A stretch of DNA of 64,000 nucleotides from NCBI RefSeq assembly GCF_001194135.2, contig NC_068983.1, positions 94,694,560-94,758,559 of the forward strand, written 5' to 3'. The notes beneath the pieces were generated by a model. It was not told where the DNA came from. It saw only the letters and a program-made list of their open reading frames with translations, and did not search any database. Below, one piece after another: positions 26,751-40,019 of this stretch (position 1 is its first letter; every line of letters starts with the position of its first letter). A program made the translations under genes and the position numbers. Source of the stretch: Octopus bimaculoides. Lineage: Eukaryota.

Positions 26751-28376
26751 GGACTGCAGTAGCCATAGTAACACTTCTATGATAGACCTCAAGAACCTAT
26801 TAGAAGGCCACTATAGGTTACTTCATCTACTAGAATTAATGGTCAAATTTCTCTTGAATCATCTAGTCTTTAAAAAAGAGCACATTGAGTAATGTAGCCT
26901 TGTATGCCAAAAAAAAATGGATAGGAATGCTTTTACTCATAGATCTGTCCATCAAAGCTGACCTAATACAAAACAACAATCTCTTCAAAGCTACTGCAAG
27001 AATTGAACTGCGGAACTGTAGTGACTCTCGTAACACCACTGTGGAATTATGATTTGAGACTGATGATTGATCAGTGTGTATTTGGTCTCACCTCCTCCTT
27101 TCCAATACTCAATGTTTCTTGCCCCCAATTTAGAATTAGTGTTGGTCTAATGTAATTCCAAGTTTCAAAAGACTTTTTAGTCATCCTTCAAGCATTTATC
27201 AGCATAGCTTTACACATCTGTTGTCGTACTATTTCTTGGTCCTACCTTTTTTAACAAAGGACCTAATTTCTGTTGAACACAATATCTACTTGCCTCTGAC
27301 ATAATCTGTATCTCAACAGCTGTTGCCTGTCTCTTTTTTCTTTGTTTTAAACAATATTTTTCATACTCAGTCTCTATTTCATTTGACAACTAAGATATTT
27401 CATTCAAAATATTGATTTATTCTTCTCTAGATGTAGCCGTATATTATCATAATTTGACCATTATCTGTTAATCTATTGTCAACAAAGGTAGTAGTTACTT
27501 CCTGAGACTTTATGCAACTGTTTCACCCTCTTGGTTTCTTCCTTGCATTAATTAAATTAATGAAAAGAATTCAACTATTAATCATCACAATTGTCCATAA
27601 CTTTATTCCTAAATTAAGTCAATCAGTGCAACTGCATTTTATGTTTGTTTTGTGTATATAAATGAGATGCTTCTGCACTTTTGTTAGTGGGAGAGGTGGG
27701 AACATACTGCCTGGTTCAAAATTGCCTACTAACTATTTGGTACCTTTTAGTGGAGTTCAGGCCATTGCAAGCACTCAAACTAGGCTTCCTTCCAGAAAAT
27801 ACTATGTTCTCTTTTTGTGCCAATTCCCATGGCTCTCTTTTTTTTTTTTTTNNNNNNNNNNTTTTTTTTTTTTTTCTGTTTAATGCAGTAGGAATTGGCA
27901 CAATTCCTATTACACTTTTGCACAATAGGACTGCTCTTTTTCAGAGGTTAAGTGAAGAGCATTAGGTAATTAATGTTACTGTCTAACAATAGAAGGGCCT
28001 GATCCTGTGGGTAATACCACCAGNNNNNNNNNNGTTACTGTCTAACAATAGAAGGGCCTGATCCTGTGGGTAATACCACCAGAGGCCACCCTATCAACTG
28101 GCATATAATCTCATAACTTTTGTAATCTCAATTGCAAGCATAAGATTTTAAAAAGTCCACCTATCACCATTGATGTCCATCTTCCAACTCCACCACCAAA
28201 GCTGCATAAAATGAATGGTAAAATGAAATCGAATCAGAATCACACTCAATCTGTTAGATAATTCTCAGTATCATAACTAGTTATTGATCACTCTTCATTC
28301 CTTGTTGCTTAATCCCAGATCCACTTCCCTTGTCATAAACAGCAACATCAGCACCTTAAAATCATCTACTATGGTC

Positions 28377-28785
28377 ATAAGCATGGCTGTGTGGTTAAGA
28401 AGCTTGCTTTGCAACCTTGTGATTTCTGGTTCAGTTTCACTGCATGTTACCTTGAGCAAGTATCTTCTGCTATAGCCCCAGTCTGACCAATTCCTTTTGA
28501 GTGAATTTGGCAGGCAGAAATCGTGGGGCAGCTTGTTGCTTGTATTTGTCACCCTGCTGCCCCTACCACTTGACAATTGGTCTTTGTTTATGTCTCCATA
28601 GCTTAGCAGTTTAGCAAAAGAGACTAATAGAATAAGTGCTGCACTTCAAAAAGAAAAAAAAAAANNNNNNNNNNAAAAAAAAAAACATGTAAGTACTGGG
28701 GTTGATTTGTTTGACTAAAATCTTTCAAAGTGGTGCTCCAGTGTGGCTACATTCCAATAACTGAAACCAGTAAAAGATAAAAGAC
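28377..28785 (+). mobile_element. SINE family A
   Basis: gcatggctgtgtggttaagaagcttgc...actgaaaccagtaaaagataaaaga. Confidence 0.75.
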
Positions 28786-28829
28786 AATGTATCAAATGGC
28801 AACCCTCTTGCTTTATCATAATTTAGCAT

Positions 28830-29040
28830 TCATTTTCATTCTGCCATGGATAGGTTGAATGGTTTGACCAGAGCTAACAAGCTGGAGAGCTGCATGAAAT
28901 TCCAGTCTGGTTTGGCTTGGTTTCTACGATGGGATGCCCTTCCTAATACCACCCACTTTACAGAGTGTGCTGGGTGCTTTTTGCATGGATTGGAATGGAT
29001 GCTTTTTACATCGGAGAAATTGGTTAGAAGTTAGCCTGTC
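28830..29040 (-). mobile_element. RTE LINE 3' end
   Basis: ccatggataggttgaatggtttgacc...gatgcccttcctaataccacccac block. Confidence 0.65.
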
Positions 29041-29544
29041 ACTTTTGGAAACATTTGCAGATCCTAAGCGCCAACAGATACCTCAAACTTGTCATCTACC
29101 AGTTCAACACTCCCAATTTCATATTGATTTTTTTTTTAGTTTCATTCAACACCACAGCAATTTTGTTTCTCAGTTCTGTCCTGAACAACAATTAATCTTC
29201 CTTTTGGATATAGCTTGTACCCTACATATCAATAACCTACTAGCTTCCCTCTACCCACCCACACACATCCATTCATGCATTACCCCCTCCTTTTTTTTTT
29301 TTTTTTNNNNNNNNNNNNNNNNNNCTTTTTTTTTTTTTTTTGTTACCTATCCACCTCATATAATGCTTTGTTCATACCACACACATTATGCTATGTCTAT
29401 TAAATCTGCAGTATATATCAATTTCATCTGCATCTTATCTCCTTATGTATTTCTATGTCAGCATCACACTTATGTTGGATTTTTTTATGCTGTTACCTCC
29501 TCGACTTTTCAATTGCTACTGCTTTATCCACCTCCAATTTCTAA

Positions 29545-29590
<46 letters not shown>

Positions 29591-29600
29591 NNNNNNNNNN

Positions 29601-29639
<39 letters not shown>

Positions 29640-29950
29640 CTGCTCACATTTAATTCCCCACTCTCACTACACACTACAACCACTCACATGTTTAATCACT
29701 TCAATGTTNNNNNNNNNNACTCTCACTACACACTACAACCACTCACATGTTTAATCACTTCAATGTTTGTTTGATATTAGCTCTCCATCCTACTCTTCTT
29801 TCCTGGAAGCTACTTTCTCTTGCCCCTATTTCCTTTCCATTATTATTCCCCATGCTGCCTCTTCCATAACCACACAGCCCCCACTTCCACCTTCCATCTA
29901 TTTTGATAAAGGATAAACATTCTGAAACGTTGCTTTCTTCATAGCATAAT
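29040..29950 (+). mobile_element. Older Penelope-like remnant
   Basis: QFNTPN...EQQLIFLL...HINN resembles a GIY-YIG C-terminus; it is followed by a pyrimidine/(CA)n region and a decayed hammerhead-like motif at 29903-29932. Confidence 0.45.
29548..29637. repeat. (CA)n microsatellite, representative of many TA, CA and AAT tracts (e.g. 405-447, 5180-5260, 62405-62466)
   Basis: Read directly from the sequence. Confidence 0.95.
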
Positions 29951-30174
29951 ACATTCACTTTGTACCCCTGTTATTTTCTTTGTTTATATGTGTGTATTGA
30001 TGTTTGCTTTTATGTTCAGTTATAGCAAAAAATAATTTCACATTAATCAGATGGATTACTCTATACTTTTGTAGAGTAAAAATTTACTATTCTTATACAA
30101 GAATGTTGTTGACAGTAACTTTGAAATTTTGGCCATCACTGGATTTCTTGTATAAGGATAATATGTGTGTGTGA

Positions 30175-30470
30175 AGGGGCATGGCTTAGTGGTTAGTGTA
30201 TTTGGCTTGTGATCATAAGATCGTGAGTTCAGTTCCCACTGACACATTGTGTCCTTGAGCAAGACACTTTATTTCATGTTGCTCCAGTCTNNNNNNNNNN
30301 GTCCTTGAGCAAGACACTTTATTTCATGTTGCTCCAGTCTATTCAGCTGGTTAAAATGAATAGAACCTGTATTTCAAAGGCCCAGCCTTATAACACTGAA
30401 TCTCCCTGAGAACTATGTTAAGGGTACATGTGTCTGTGGACTGCTCAGCCACATGTATGTTAATTTATAT
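30175..30470 (+). mobile_element. tRNA-head CORE-type SINE (third family)
   Basis: ggcatggcttagtggttag...gttcagttccc, then gtgtccttgagcaagacact CORE-like block. Confidence 0.7.
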
Positions 30471-30483
30471 ATATATTGGAGTC

Positions 30484-30517
<34 letters not shown>

Positions 30518-30527
30518 NNNNNNNNNN

Positions 30528-30560
<33 letters not shown>

Positions 30561-30823
30561 TTGTTTTTACTCATAATTTACCTTCTGCAAAAATACATTT
30601 CCCACTCAGCCCAGACAGAAAAAAGAAAAAAACATGACATAGAAATAATACTTATTAGCCTCAAGAACTATGCCAGGATACACACTGCTAATGACAAGTG
30701 CAGATGAATGACAACTGTTTTGCTCTGACCAAGTTCACTGTTCCCACTTTTGCTATAGCTACAACCTGCAGTGAGCCTCATATAAATAGACTGAGCAATG
30801 GCGAGCACAACTTGTCTTTACTA

Positions 30824-31648
30824 CAGGGTGGGGCAGAGAGGACAGAGGTTTTTGAAAAATTCACGAAGTCATTAATTTTAGCTGCAAACAAATTTTATTG
30901 ACATCAATGTGTTTGTATNNNNNNNNNNNNNNTCAATGTGTTTGTATTGAATTAACATTTGTCAAAATCAAGTGTGGAAAACCACATCCATCATGTGGTG
31001 TCCATTTTCATTGATGCATTTCTGAAGATGTTTTTGGAAGTTGACTTCCACTCTCTCTAGCATTGCTCTGTGCATAGTCCCATGGTTTCAATTGTTGCCC
31101 AATGACCAATTTGTACTGGTGGAAATGCAGGTCTTCATGCTAAATATGCCTTACCGATCGATTATCAATGCCAAGTTCAGTGGAATGCCTCCAAGCGGAG
31201 CAATTCAGACTCTGTATCAAAGCTTGTCTGACACGTTCCACATTTTCCAGGGTCCATACCGTTTGTGGTGCCCCCACTGGTCTCNNNNNNNNNNACATTT
31301 TCCAGGGTCCATACCGTTTGTGGTGCCCCCACTGGTCTCCTATTCATTTTTGTATCTTGTGTACGAAGTACATTCACCCAATGTAAGACTGTGTTATGGG
31401 TAGGAACAGCCTGATTTCGGTGAACGTTGAAGTGGCACCAAAACTGCTGTGACAGACTTGTTATTCTTCACGTAACTGTCTTAGGCAAACATGTGATTCT
31501 CTATCATGCACAATGCCATGGCTTCACCTGAAAAGGAAAAAAAAATGCTAAGACACCATGGACTAAATGGTACCTGTTTGACACGTCGCTCCCGCTAGGA
31601 CTGAGTAATAGCCATTTCAAAAATGTCCATCCTCTCTGCCCCACCTTG
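30824..31648 (-). mobile_element. Internally deleted Tc1/mariner-superfamily element (maT/DD37D-like HTH)
   Basis: TA|cagggtggggcagagagg ... cctctctgccccaccttg|TA TIRs. Minus strand RPVGAPQTVWTLENVERVRQALIQSLNCSAWRHSTELGIDNRSVRHI*HEDLHFHQYKLVIGQQLKPWDY. Confidence 0.85.
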
Positions 31649-31989
31649 TACAATATTACCAGAATCTACACTTGAACCTAAAGAAAGAAATTGGACAATG
31701 GAAAGCACATATCTTCACTGCAGCATGGCATCTCATATTATTTATCTCAATTTCTGGATATATGCTACTGTGTCCCTTCCTTAAGAAAGGCAAACTCTTT
31801 AACCCTGCCTCTTTTGATCTCACTTCTGACTTTTCAAAAGTGGTGTAAACAGTCTAAAAAAGATGCCTTCTGCAACATCTTGTGTGTATCTCTCTTTTTC
31901 TCTCCTTAATAATCACTAATAATGCTTCCCTGGAACTAGATTNNNNNNNNNNCTTTTTCTCTCCTTAATAATCACTAATAATGCTTCCC

Positions 31990-32250
31990 TGGAACTAGAT
32001 TTGCTAAGGTCTTGCTTTTCTATGTCATTCACTTGTCATGCTTTGTTCTTGAAAACATATGTTGTTGCACTTAACATCAGCAAAGCCTTTACACATGTTT
32101 AGCATGAGAATCTCTTAGTTAAATTGCCTACGTATGATGTTCATCTAGCTTTCATCTCTTGATTTAGAAGCATCCAAACCATTGGCAATATCACAGCTGA
32201 TGAGGCTGTCTCTGATGCACACACTGGTGTGCTCCATGGTTTACTTATGT
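31990..32250 (+). mobile_element. Decayed CR1/Jockey-like LINE RT fragment
   Basis: ENICCCT/YVVALNISKAFTHV*HENLLVKLPTYDV..., resembling VALDISKAFDRVWH. Confidence 0.55.
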
Positions 32251-33448
32251 CATAAAGAATTAACATCTAATGATTTGGGCAGAAGCCATCATTGGAAAGA
32301 GGTAAAATGTCCATTACTTGTAAACATTTCATTTGCCAAAGCAAATCACCTCTAGTTTCTTCTGAGTTTACTGTATCACTTATGTTATGTTACACTCTTT
32401 CTTCTGTACATTGATGACTTGCTGAAAATAGCAGCCAAATTGCTCTCACATCACATCTTATATCTTAAAAATGAAAAGGCTACATTAAATTAATGTAGCC
32501 CTTACATAGCCTTAAAAAAGAAAGGATAGTAATAGATGGTGTGACCATCCTGACTTTTGTCATAGGTTTGCTCAATCAGGATTGACTTGGCAAAACAACT
32601 GCAACCTCTGGCTGACTGATACACTGTTTCCTATCTCTATTAAATTTGACCCCTGTTCCTAAATTAGTTAGATTCATACCACCCCCACTTGACACATCTA
32701 AATCTCTTTCTCACCTCACCACTACCATGTGATCCTTTAACCACTAAGCTTACTTGTATTTTGTAGAATATCTCAAAATCCCTCTTCATTCATGTTTTTT
32801 TCTGCACACTTCAACTTAAAGATGCTGGAACTGAACATAAACCATATTGATTTTTACCGGTCTCAATAAGTCTCTGAACATCAGGAGCACAGTCTCTTCT
32901 CCAGTTAAAACTATAAAAAAATCTATATAATAATGACTTCCTTCACTGAACATAAGCTTACATTTTTTTTTTAGCATCTTCATACANNNNNNNNNNNNTG
33001 CTGTTGTATTACTTTAGTTTTGTTATAGTTTTCTTAATTCAAATCCATTTTGTATCATATCCATTAGTTATACTAGATGACAATCCACACAGATTTTCTT
33101 GTTTTATTTTTCAGATATTTTCTAAAAGACTAAAATTCTTCTGATATTCTTTATCAAAATTTTCCTAAGGAACTAAAATCTATTTAGTAAAATAACTAAC
33201 TTTACCATTATTAATTTGGTGCTTGGAACATAAAAAGTTTTTACATGAAGTTATAGGTATATTTCAATTCAATTTAGATATGAACACTTTAAAACGAGCT
33301 ATTTCAGGTGGATTATTGACAGTTAAATCACATTTTAACCATACTCCCCAGTTGTTTCCGGTATTATAATAATTGTTCTCTTTTTACTTTTACAGATGTT
33401 TTATTTTATTTTTATGTTCTCTAAATTCATGTTTTGTTTCTATTACAG

Positions 33449-33727
33449 CTGTTTTCAGTGGTGGTATTTGGCTGTATATCATCAGGAGGATGGTATCTTC
33501 AAAAATGCCAATTTAACGATGANNNNNNNNNNGTATATCATCAGGAGGATGGTATCTTCAAAAATGCCAATTTAACGATGATGCCAATGCATGTCGATTT
33601 GGTTCGGCTATAGGAGTGTTGGCTTTTCTTGCTTGCATTATCTTTTTGGTCATTGATGCAGTATTTGATAACATCAGCAGTGTACAACATCGTAAATATG
33701 CTGTTCTTGGAGACTTGGGCTTCTCAG
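33449..33727 (+). CDS. SYNGR: Synaptogyrin coding exon 2 (MARVEL domain), split by an artefactual 10-N gap with a 49-nt duplication
   Basis: Acceptor tattacag|CTG at 33449, donor tcag|gtaaac after 33727. Removing the gap (33523-33532) and one copy of 33474-33522 leaves 220 nt: LFSVVVFGCISSGGWYLQKCQFNDDANACRFGSAIGVLAFLACIIFLVIDAVFDNISSVQHRKYAVLGDLGFS plus 1 nt, matching the synaptogyrin pattern (LFSIVVFG...C...GVLAFL...RK.AVL.DLGFS). Confidence 0.95.
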
Positions 33728-34841
33728 GTAAACATTTTAGCATCATTATTCTTTCACTGAGATCAGGGAACTAATATTATAACAGTGTTTCAGGGAAACT
33801 GCTTTTATCTTGCATTACAATTTCACTTATGTATATTGATTCTGATTTTCTGAAAAACTCTCTGCTTTAACCACTAGTTCAAGTCCTCTGAACATTATGT
33901 ATATATCTCCTCAACTAATTGCATGTAATATAACTGAGAGGTGCGATGCAACAGAATAATAAGACTTTGAAATTAATTATTATTAAATTGCATCGTTTGA
34001 ATAGTGCCATTTCTATGTTCATTCTTCTCCATGTCAGCATAGATTGGGTATGTCTTCAATGTGCTATGCTACACCATTTATCATAGTGTTTTGTCAACTC
34101 AAATATGAGGCCTAAATTTCTGAGGTTTGATTTTACCAGTTCTTTATGCTTTTTCACCCTGTACTCCTATCCATTCACAGCACATCTCCATACTNNNNNN
34201 NNNNATGCTTTTTCACCCTGTACTCCTATCCATTCACAGCACATCTCCATACTAGCTCAGTAGTCTTCCTTGCACACAACAACTAATGCCATTAACATCA
34301 ACTCACTTGTGATATGCCTTTCATGCAAGATAACAATGGTACATTCACCTTCTTTCTTATCAGCCTCTATAGAGCTTCCACATTCGATTTTTATATCCCA
34401 TGTAGTATAACATGCCTTACATATGCTTCAAAGTCTTTTGCACAGAAAGAAAATTTTTTCTCAATATAGATAACATTTCCCTAAACTTCTTCCATATCTG
34501 TCTTACTCCAGTTAATATACTATCTCTCCAATCATACTCAACACTTATTAGATCACCCAAAAGCTATCACCAATTCTTGCAATCTATCTGAATAGTTCTT
34601 AGTCTCATTTAAGCATGCATTTAGTATTTGTATTCATCAGATCTGACATCCTAGTTCCTAGTCAACCTGACAGATATCCCACTACATTCTTTTTATATAC
34701 TAATTGCTTCAACTGAGTAGACAATATAGAGGGCTTACCCTTTTGTTTTCTACATATTGAGCAAAGCCACTTGTTAGATAATTCTGAAATTTTGTGTGCT
34801 CATTTCTCATTAATACCCGACTTTTGCTACAGTGACCTTGA

Positions 34842-35249
34842 CCCTTAAGCATTCACATTACTTTGTCAGATGTAATGCTCATTTATTCACATTGTTTTGA
34901 ATTAATGATGCATTATCTTGTAGCTTTGAGATTTTGATGGTGTAACTATTTGTTTTTAGAATGAAATTGGAGGGCTGGTGTGTGAAGTTAGATCTGACTA
35001 GTTTGACCATAAAACAAGTAGAATATTTTGTTGTTTAACCCTTTAGCATTCAGATTACTCTATAAAAATGTAATACTTATTTATTTACATTGTTTTGAAT
35101 TAATCATGTATTCGCTTTTAGTTTTCAGATTTTGATGAGTGTATATTTTCAGAATGATATTGTAGGTTAGGTGTGAGAGGCCAGAATTGGCCAGTTTGAA
35201 CATAAAACAAGTTATATTGGTTGGATAAGGCTGGTTAAATGCTAAAGTG
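34842..35249. mobile_element. Two tandem piggyBac-like MITEs in synaptogyrin intron 2
   Basis: Second copy TTAA|ccctttagcatt...aatgctaaagtg|TTAA at 35039-35249; a more decayed copy lies at 34842-35034. Confidence 0.7.
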
Positions 35250-36087
35250 TTAAGGCCTTTGAATTGAAAAACATCATTCTGGGTATGAAACATTTTTCTT
35301 TAGCTGTGTTACATTCTGCAGTATAAACCATATCATCAACATATAGATGTTCTCAGGGACATCCAGTCCTGAACACTAGTGTTATTGCCTGAAGAATTTA
35401 TGAGTAGAAGTCAGGACATAATCTTAGTGAACACTTATCTGTACACTCTTCACTAAATTAGTTGACAACCTTAATGTTTATTACCTCACCCTGATACTTT
35501 AGTAACTCTCACACATCTTTTTCTCAATGTCCCATAGACAACAGATTGTGGGTCATATTCAACAGACTTCTCCATGTCAAGAAATGCAAAGTAGCATTGT
35601 TTGTGAAGAACTGCTCTAGCAGTTGTTTTCCACTACAGATAGGACCTGGTACAAACCCAAACTTCATTTTACTCAAACTAATGTTTGTTAAAACTTCACA
35701 AACACTTTCTGAACTACTTCCAATCAAATTAAGATACCTGTAAGTGCCCCTCTCTTATATGTCTTCTATAATACTGCTACACCACCCCAAACTACCCTCC
35801 AAATTTAAATGCTATAATATTTTATCCTGATTATAAAATATTGTCTTTTTTTTCAAATTTGGGAACTTTATTGATTTATTTTATGGACACAAGCCAATAC
35901 TAGTTTACTCAAACCCTGTTTTTATTTGCTGGTTCTTTGAAGTTTGTATACTGAATTTTCTTTCTAATTTGGTTTCTATTTAGTAGTGCTTCTTTCCAAG
36001 CCTTTCATTATCAAAATGTTTTTCAATATGTGATTTACAACTCTGATGACAGCTGTTTTTACCTTTAATTATTATGAACAACAGATA

Positions 36088-36505
36088 TAGATATAGTTGT
36101 GTAGTTAAGAAGTTCACTTCACAACCACATGATCTTGAGTTCAGTCCCAGTGTGTGGCACTGTATGGAAATGTCTTCTACTAAAGCTGACCAATATTTTG
36201 TAAATAAATTTGGTAGGTGAAAAGTACTCATGTGTGAATGTGTGTGTGTGTATATGCATGCTTGTTTGTTTCTCACCTGTTGGTTGTCTGTTGGTTTATT
36301 CACCTCCTCACCACTTAACTATTTAGCAAAACGTGACTGATAGAATAAGTCCTAGGGTTGATTTTGACCAACTAAATACTTCAAAGTATATTTCAAAGTA
36401 NNNNNNNNNNCTAGGGTTGATTTTGACCAACTAAATACTTCAAAGTATATTTCAAAGTAAAAGTAAAATACTTTTTTCTGGCTAAAACAAGTAAAAGAAT
36501 AAAAG
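36088..36505 (+). mobile_element. SINE family A in synaptogyrin intron 2
   Basis: Same family blocks. Confidence 0.7.
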
Positions 36506-36673
36506 AAATTATAAATTTGTTCTGGATAGACTTTAGTTCAGTTGTTAGCTGTGTATGGTAGCTGATATTTACATTTAACTATCTTGTTAGTTAGCAAGAA
36601 ATTAATTTTTTTGTTAATTGAAGGGAAAAATTTCTGTAATAATCTCAAATATTTTCCTTCTTTCTACTTTTAG

Positions 36674-36816
36674 GAGCCTGGACATTTATGTGGTTTGTGT
36701 GCTTCTGTTACCTTGCTGATTCATGGAGGAAGACTAAATCAATGTTTCCAAAGGATCATGGCAAAGATGATATTCAAGCTGCTATTGCATTCTCTTTCTT
36801 TTCAATTCTTAGCTTT
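36674..36816 (+). CDS. SYNGR: Synaptogyrin coding exon 3
   Basis: ctacttttag|GA...TTT|gtaagt, 143 nt. The phase-1 junction with exon 2 rebuilds Gly: (G)AWTFMWFVCFCYLADSWRKTKSMFPKDHGKDDIQAAIAFSFFSILSF, with the typical W.F.WFV.FC.L..W and AAIAFSFFSI motifs. Confidence 0.96.
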
Positions 36817-38870
36817 GTAAGTATTCTTACAAGTTATATGATGTGCATATCACAGATTGTCAATGTAGAGATATGCCAAAAGACATTTACTGTTATACAC
36901 CCCTTGTTTTATATATTTTAGACGAGTTTATACGAGTGAAAATCATCAGGTCTTTCATACTTAATGTTTACATTGTATTGATATACTATATTTAATCCAC
37001 TAAAATGTTCTCTGCCAAGGAGTGAGCTTTTCAGGCATGTTAAAAAAATTGTCATTTTTCCAATTGCTTTTTTTTTTTTAATTCAAGAAGCAATCTCACA
37101 GGACATGAATGATGTGAAGTAAACATTTAGGTTTTAGCACATAATTTATGATGGAGTAATTTGATGGGTCAATTTAGTTTCATTCCTTTCCTAAGGATTG
37201 TGTCTACAAAATTGATTGTATGGAAGATTTTGCAAATTTGAATAAGCTTGTATGTCATGGGGAGTTGTAAATTTTAATATTTGGGAACTGGCCATTCTTC
37301 AGAAAGAGAAAAGAAAGTTCTCTCCCCTTAAATTTTCAAATGTGTGGATTTTATTAACTGATTTTTGCAGGCATAGTCCAATACTAGTGTCTTCAGACCC
37401 CATTTTAGTATTTTCTGGTTCTTTGACGGTAACTTTTATGCTATATTGGTTTTCATTATCATAAAAATCCAATATTGATAACTTTGTGAAACAATCATCT
37501 ATAATTCTTATGGTTCACACTTGCAAAGATGTTTTTTCTAAATACTTGTTTTTAATTCCTTGTATTTGCTTTAATGTTTTAATTAGGTAATTCTTGTCTG
37601 AAATAATCTTGATTTCATAGTTATGTTAAAGAATGATGTCTGCTCTTTTTGCATGTTTACGTGGAATGAACAAATTTTCTCCAAGACAGCATCTTACTAC
37701 TTGTTATAATCTGTCATCTCTTTTGTGAGATTCAGCTTCATGAAATAAGTTTTCCACACCTTTTTCCTTTGTTTTTCTCTATCTCCCTCTTCTGCTGGTT
37801 CAATACACTTGGTACTTCTTTTTACAGCAAATAACTCATTTGCTTGTATGCATCATTTGTTCATACAACCACATACTACAAGAGAGACTACTCTCTAATG
37901 TTCATCTTTACTCTCTCAACTCATTTGTGCTTTGTCATTCATGCACATTCTGTGGGACATGCTTACTTGTAGTTTATTTTCTAGCCTTTGCAAATCTTTC
38001 ATATTCAAGTCCTATGTCTTGCTACAGTGCAGCATCATGCTTTCTACACAAGCATTAGATAATTCATCCTCTATTCTGTAATAAAAACCAACTCTGTATT
38101 ACCAACAGAGATAATAATCCCCTGAACTTTTTCCACTCAGTTCTTATTCTGGCTACTATGATTTCAGAACATCCACTTCTAATTACATCACTTTAAGTAA
38201 CTACTAATAATAACTAATAACTACTTCTGTAGAAACTTCCAAGTATTTGAAAGATTTATTTCACATATGCTCTTATTACTTATTATTCCTGGGGCTCTGC
38301 CTCATGCAAAGTTAGCCTTCACTGTTAGTCTGCCTGTGACCCCACTATACCTCTTTACACTTGGTAGATTACAATGAAAATGTAGGGAAGAAGGCGAGAC
38401 AAAGGTACTAGAAAACAAGAACAGCCTTAAAACATTCGCAACTTAAAAATAAGATTAAAATCAAATTTTGGCTAAAAGTTATTTATTTATTTATTTTACT
38501 CTCTCTTCCCTTCTCCTTATCTTTCTTTGTCTCTCCTTTTTTTTTTCTCTCTCTCTGTTTGAAAGTGCATTTTGTTATTTAGAAATTTCTGTAGAGCCTT
38601 CACGTTCCACTTCAAAAGAGAAAAAAAAGCTTAAAAGCTTTTTCTAATGCATTTCTGCCTCCATCTCTTCATACATCTCATTTTTTTCTCTTTCTCTGAA
38701 GTTTACTTCTATTTCTGGCATCAACCAAACTTCTTGACTATGTTCATCGAAAGTTAAGATAATTCTTGCTTCTCAAAGAATTTTTCTTTTTATCCACAAA
38801 TCCTTATTCACATGTATACATTTGTAATGTATTTATTATTGTTTTACCCCCTCACCCCACCCCTTCTCAT

Positions 38871-39341
38871 ATAACATAAAGAAAATGGTGAGTGTAAACA
38901 CAGAAAAAAATCTATTTATACAAGAGTCACTTTCATGTCACCTATACTCATTTCAATTCCCACCTTCATTCATATTTTACAATTAAAATTGCATTATGAA
39001 NNNNNNNNNNTATGAATTTAAAAGGTAAAAATCTCTTCAGGGCAAAATTGATATATATTCCTATATATTCATTTACATTCCAATGGACGGAGAGCTCCTT
39101 ACATATGCATACTGTTCTTCAGTATGTAAGGAGCTCCCCATCCATTAGGATGCAAATGAATATATAGGAATATATGTCAGTTTTGCCCTGAAGAGATTTT
39201 TACCTTTTAAATTCATAATGTAATTTTAATTGTAAAATATGAAGTTAGGAATTGAAACATGCATAGACAACATGAAATTGACTATTATATAAATTAATTT
39301 TTTTTTTCCTGTGTCCACACTCTCCATTTTCTTTATATTAT
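38871..39341. repeat. ~470-bp imperfect palindrome (fold-back) in synaptogyrin intron 3
   Basis: Arms 38871-39114 and 39120-39341 around a 5-nt loop ttctt. Confidence 0.9.
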
Positions 39342-39579
39342 TAAATTTTGTTCTCCTATATCAAATAGATATAGACAACTGGAACTTTAAGCACTAATGT
39401 TGAAGAACCATCAATAAACACTAATACTAACACAAATTAACAAATTCCAGGNNNNNNNNNNAACACTAATACTAACACAAATTAACAAATTCCAGGAAAA
39501 TTAATCAATATGGAGATAAACCAGTGTACACTTGGATGAAATACATATCTATGAAAGAGTAACCTCTTTCCATTCAAAA

Positions 39580-39619
<40 letters not shown>

Positions 39620-39629
39620 NNNNNNNNNN

Positions 39630-39666
<37 letters not shown>

Positions 39667-39668
<2 letters not shown>

Positions 39669-39975
39669 TGCAGCATGGCTGTGTGGTAAGAAGCTTCCTT
39701 CCCAACCACATCGTTCCAAGTTTAGTCCTACTGCATGGCACCTTGGGCAAGTGTCTTCTACTGTAGTCTCAAGCTGACCAAAGCCTTGTGAGTGGATTTA
39801 GTGCACAGAGATCAAAAGAAGCCCGTTGTGTGTATATATATATATGTCTGTGTTTGTCCCCCCNNNNNNNNNNNNNNNNNNNNNTTACAAAGAATAAGTC
39901 CTGAGGTCAATTTGTTTGACTAAAGGTGGTGCTCTAGCATGGCCACAGTGAAATAACTGAAACAAGTAAATGAAT
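39667..39975 (+). mobile_element. SINE family A in synaptogyrin intron 3
   Basis: ggtgcagcatggctgtgtggtaagaagcttccttcccaaccac...; fragments of the family also lie at ~3742-3985, 4240-4338, 11305-11630 and 54675-54733. Confidence 0.8.
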
Positions 39976-40019
39976 AACTGAAAAGGAATATATATTATTA
40001 TTATTGTTATACATCATCT

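Noticed and set aside
27080-27460. Weak Tc1-like translation on the minus strand (RQATAVEIQ...SRYC...KCLKDD)
   Set aside because: Too decayed, with no TIRs seen; not supportable without an HMM search.
27980-28370. Minus-strand exon-like fragments (GADVAVYDKGSGSG; FGGGVGRW)
   Set aside because: No match to HSD17B4 motifs, in-frame stops and no consistent splice pairs.
28934-29653. 239-aa ORF on the + strand
   Set aside because: It is a mosaic of RTE UTR, Penelope remnant, poly-T and (CA)n read through gaps.
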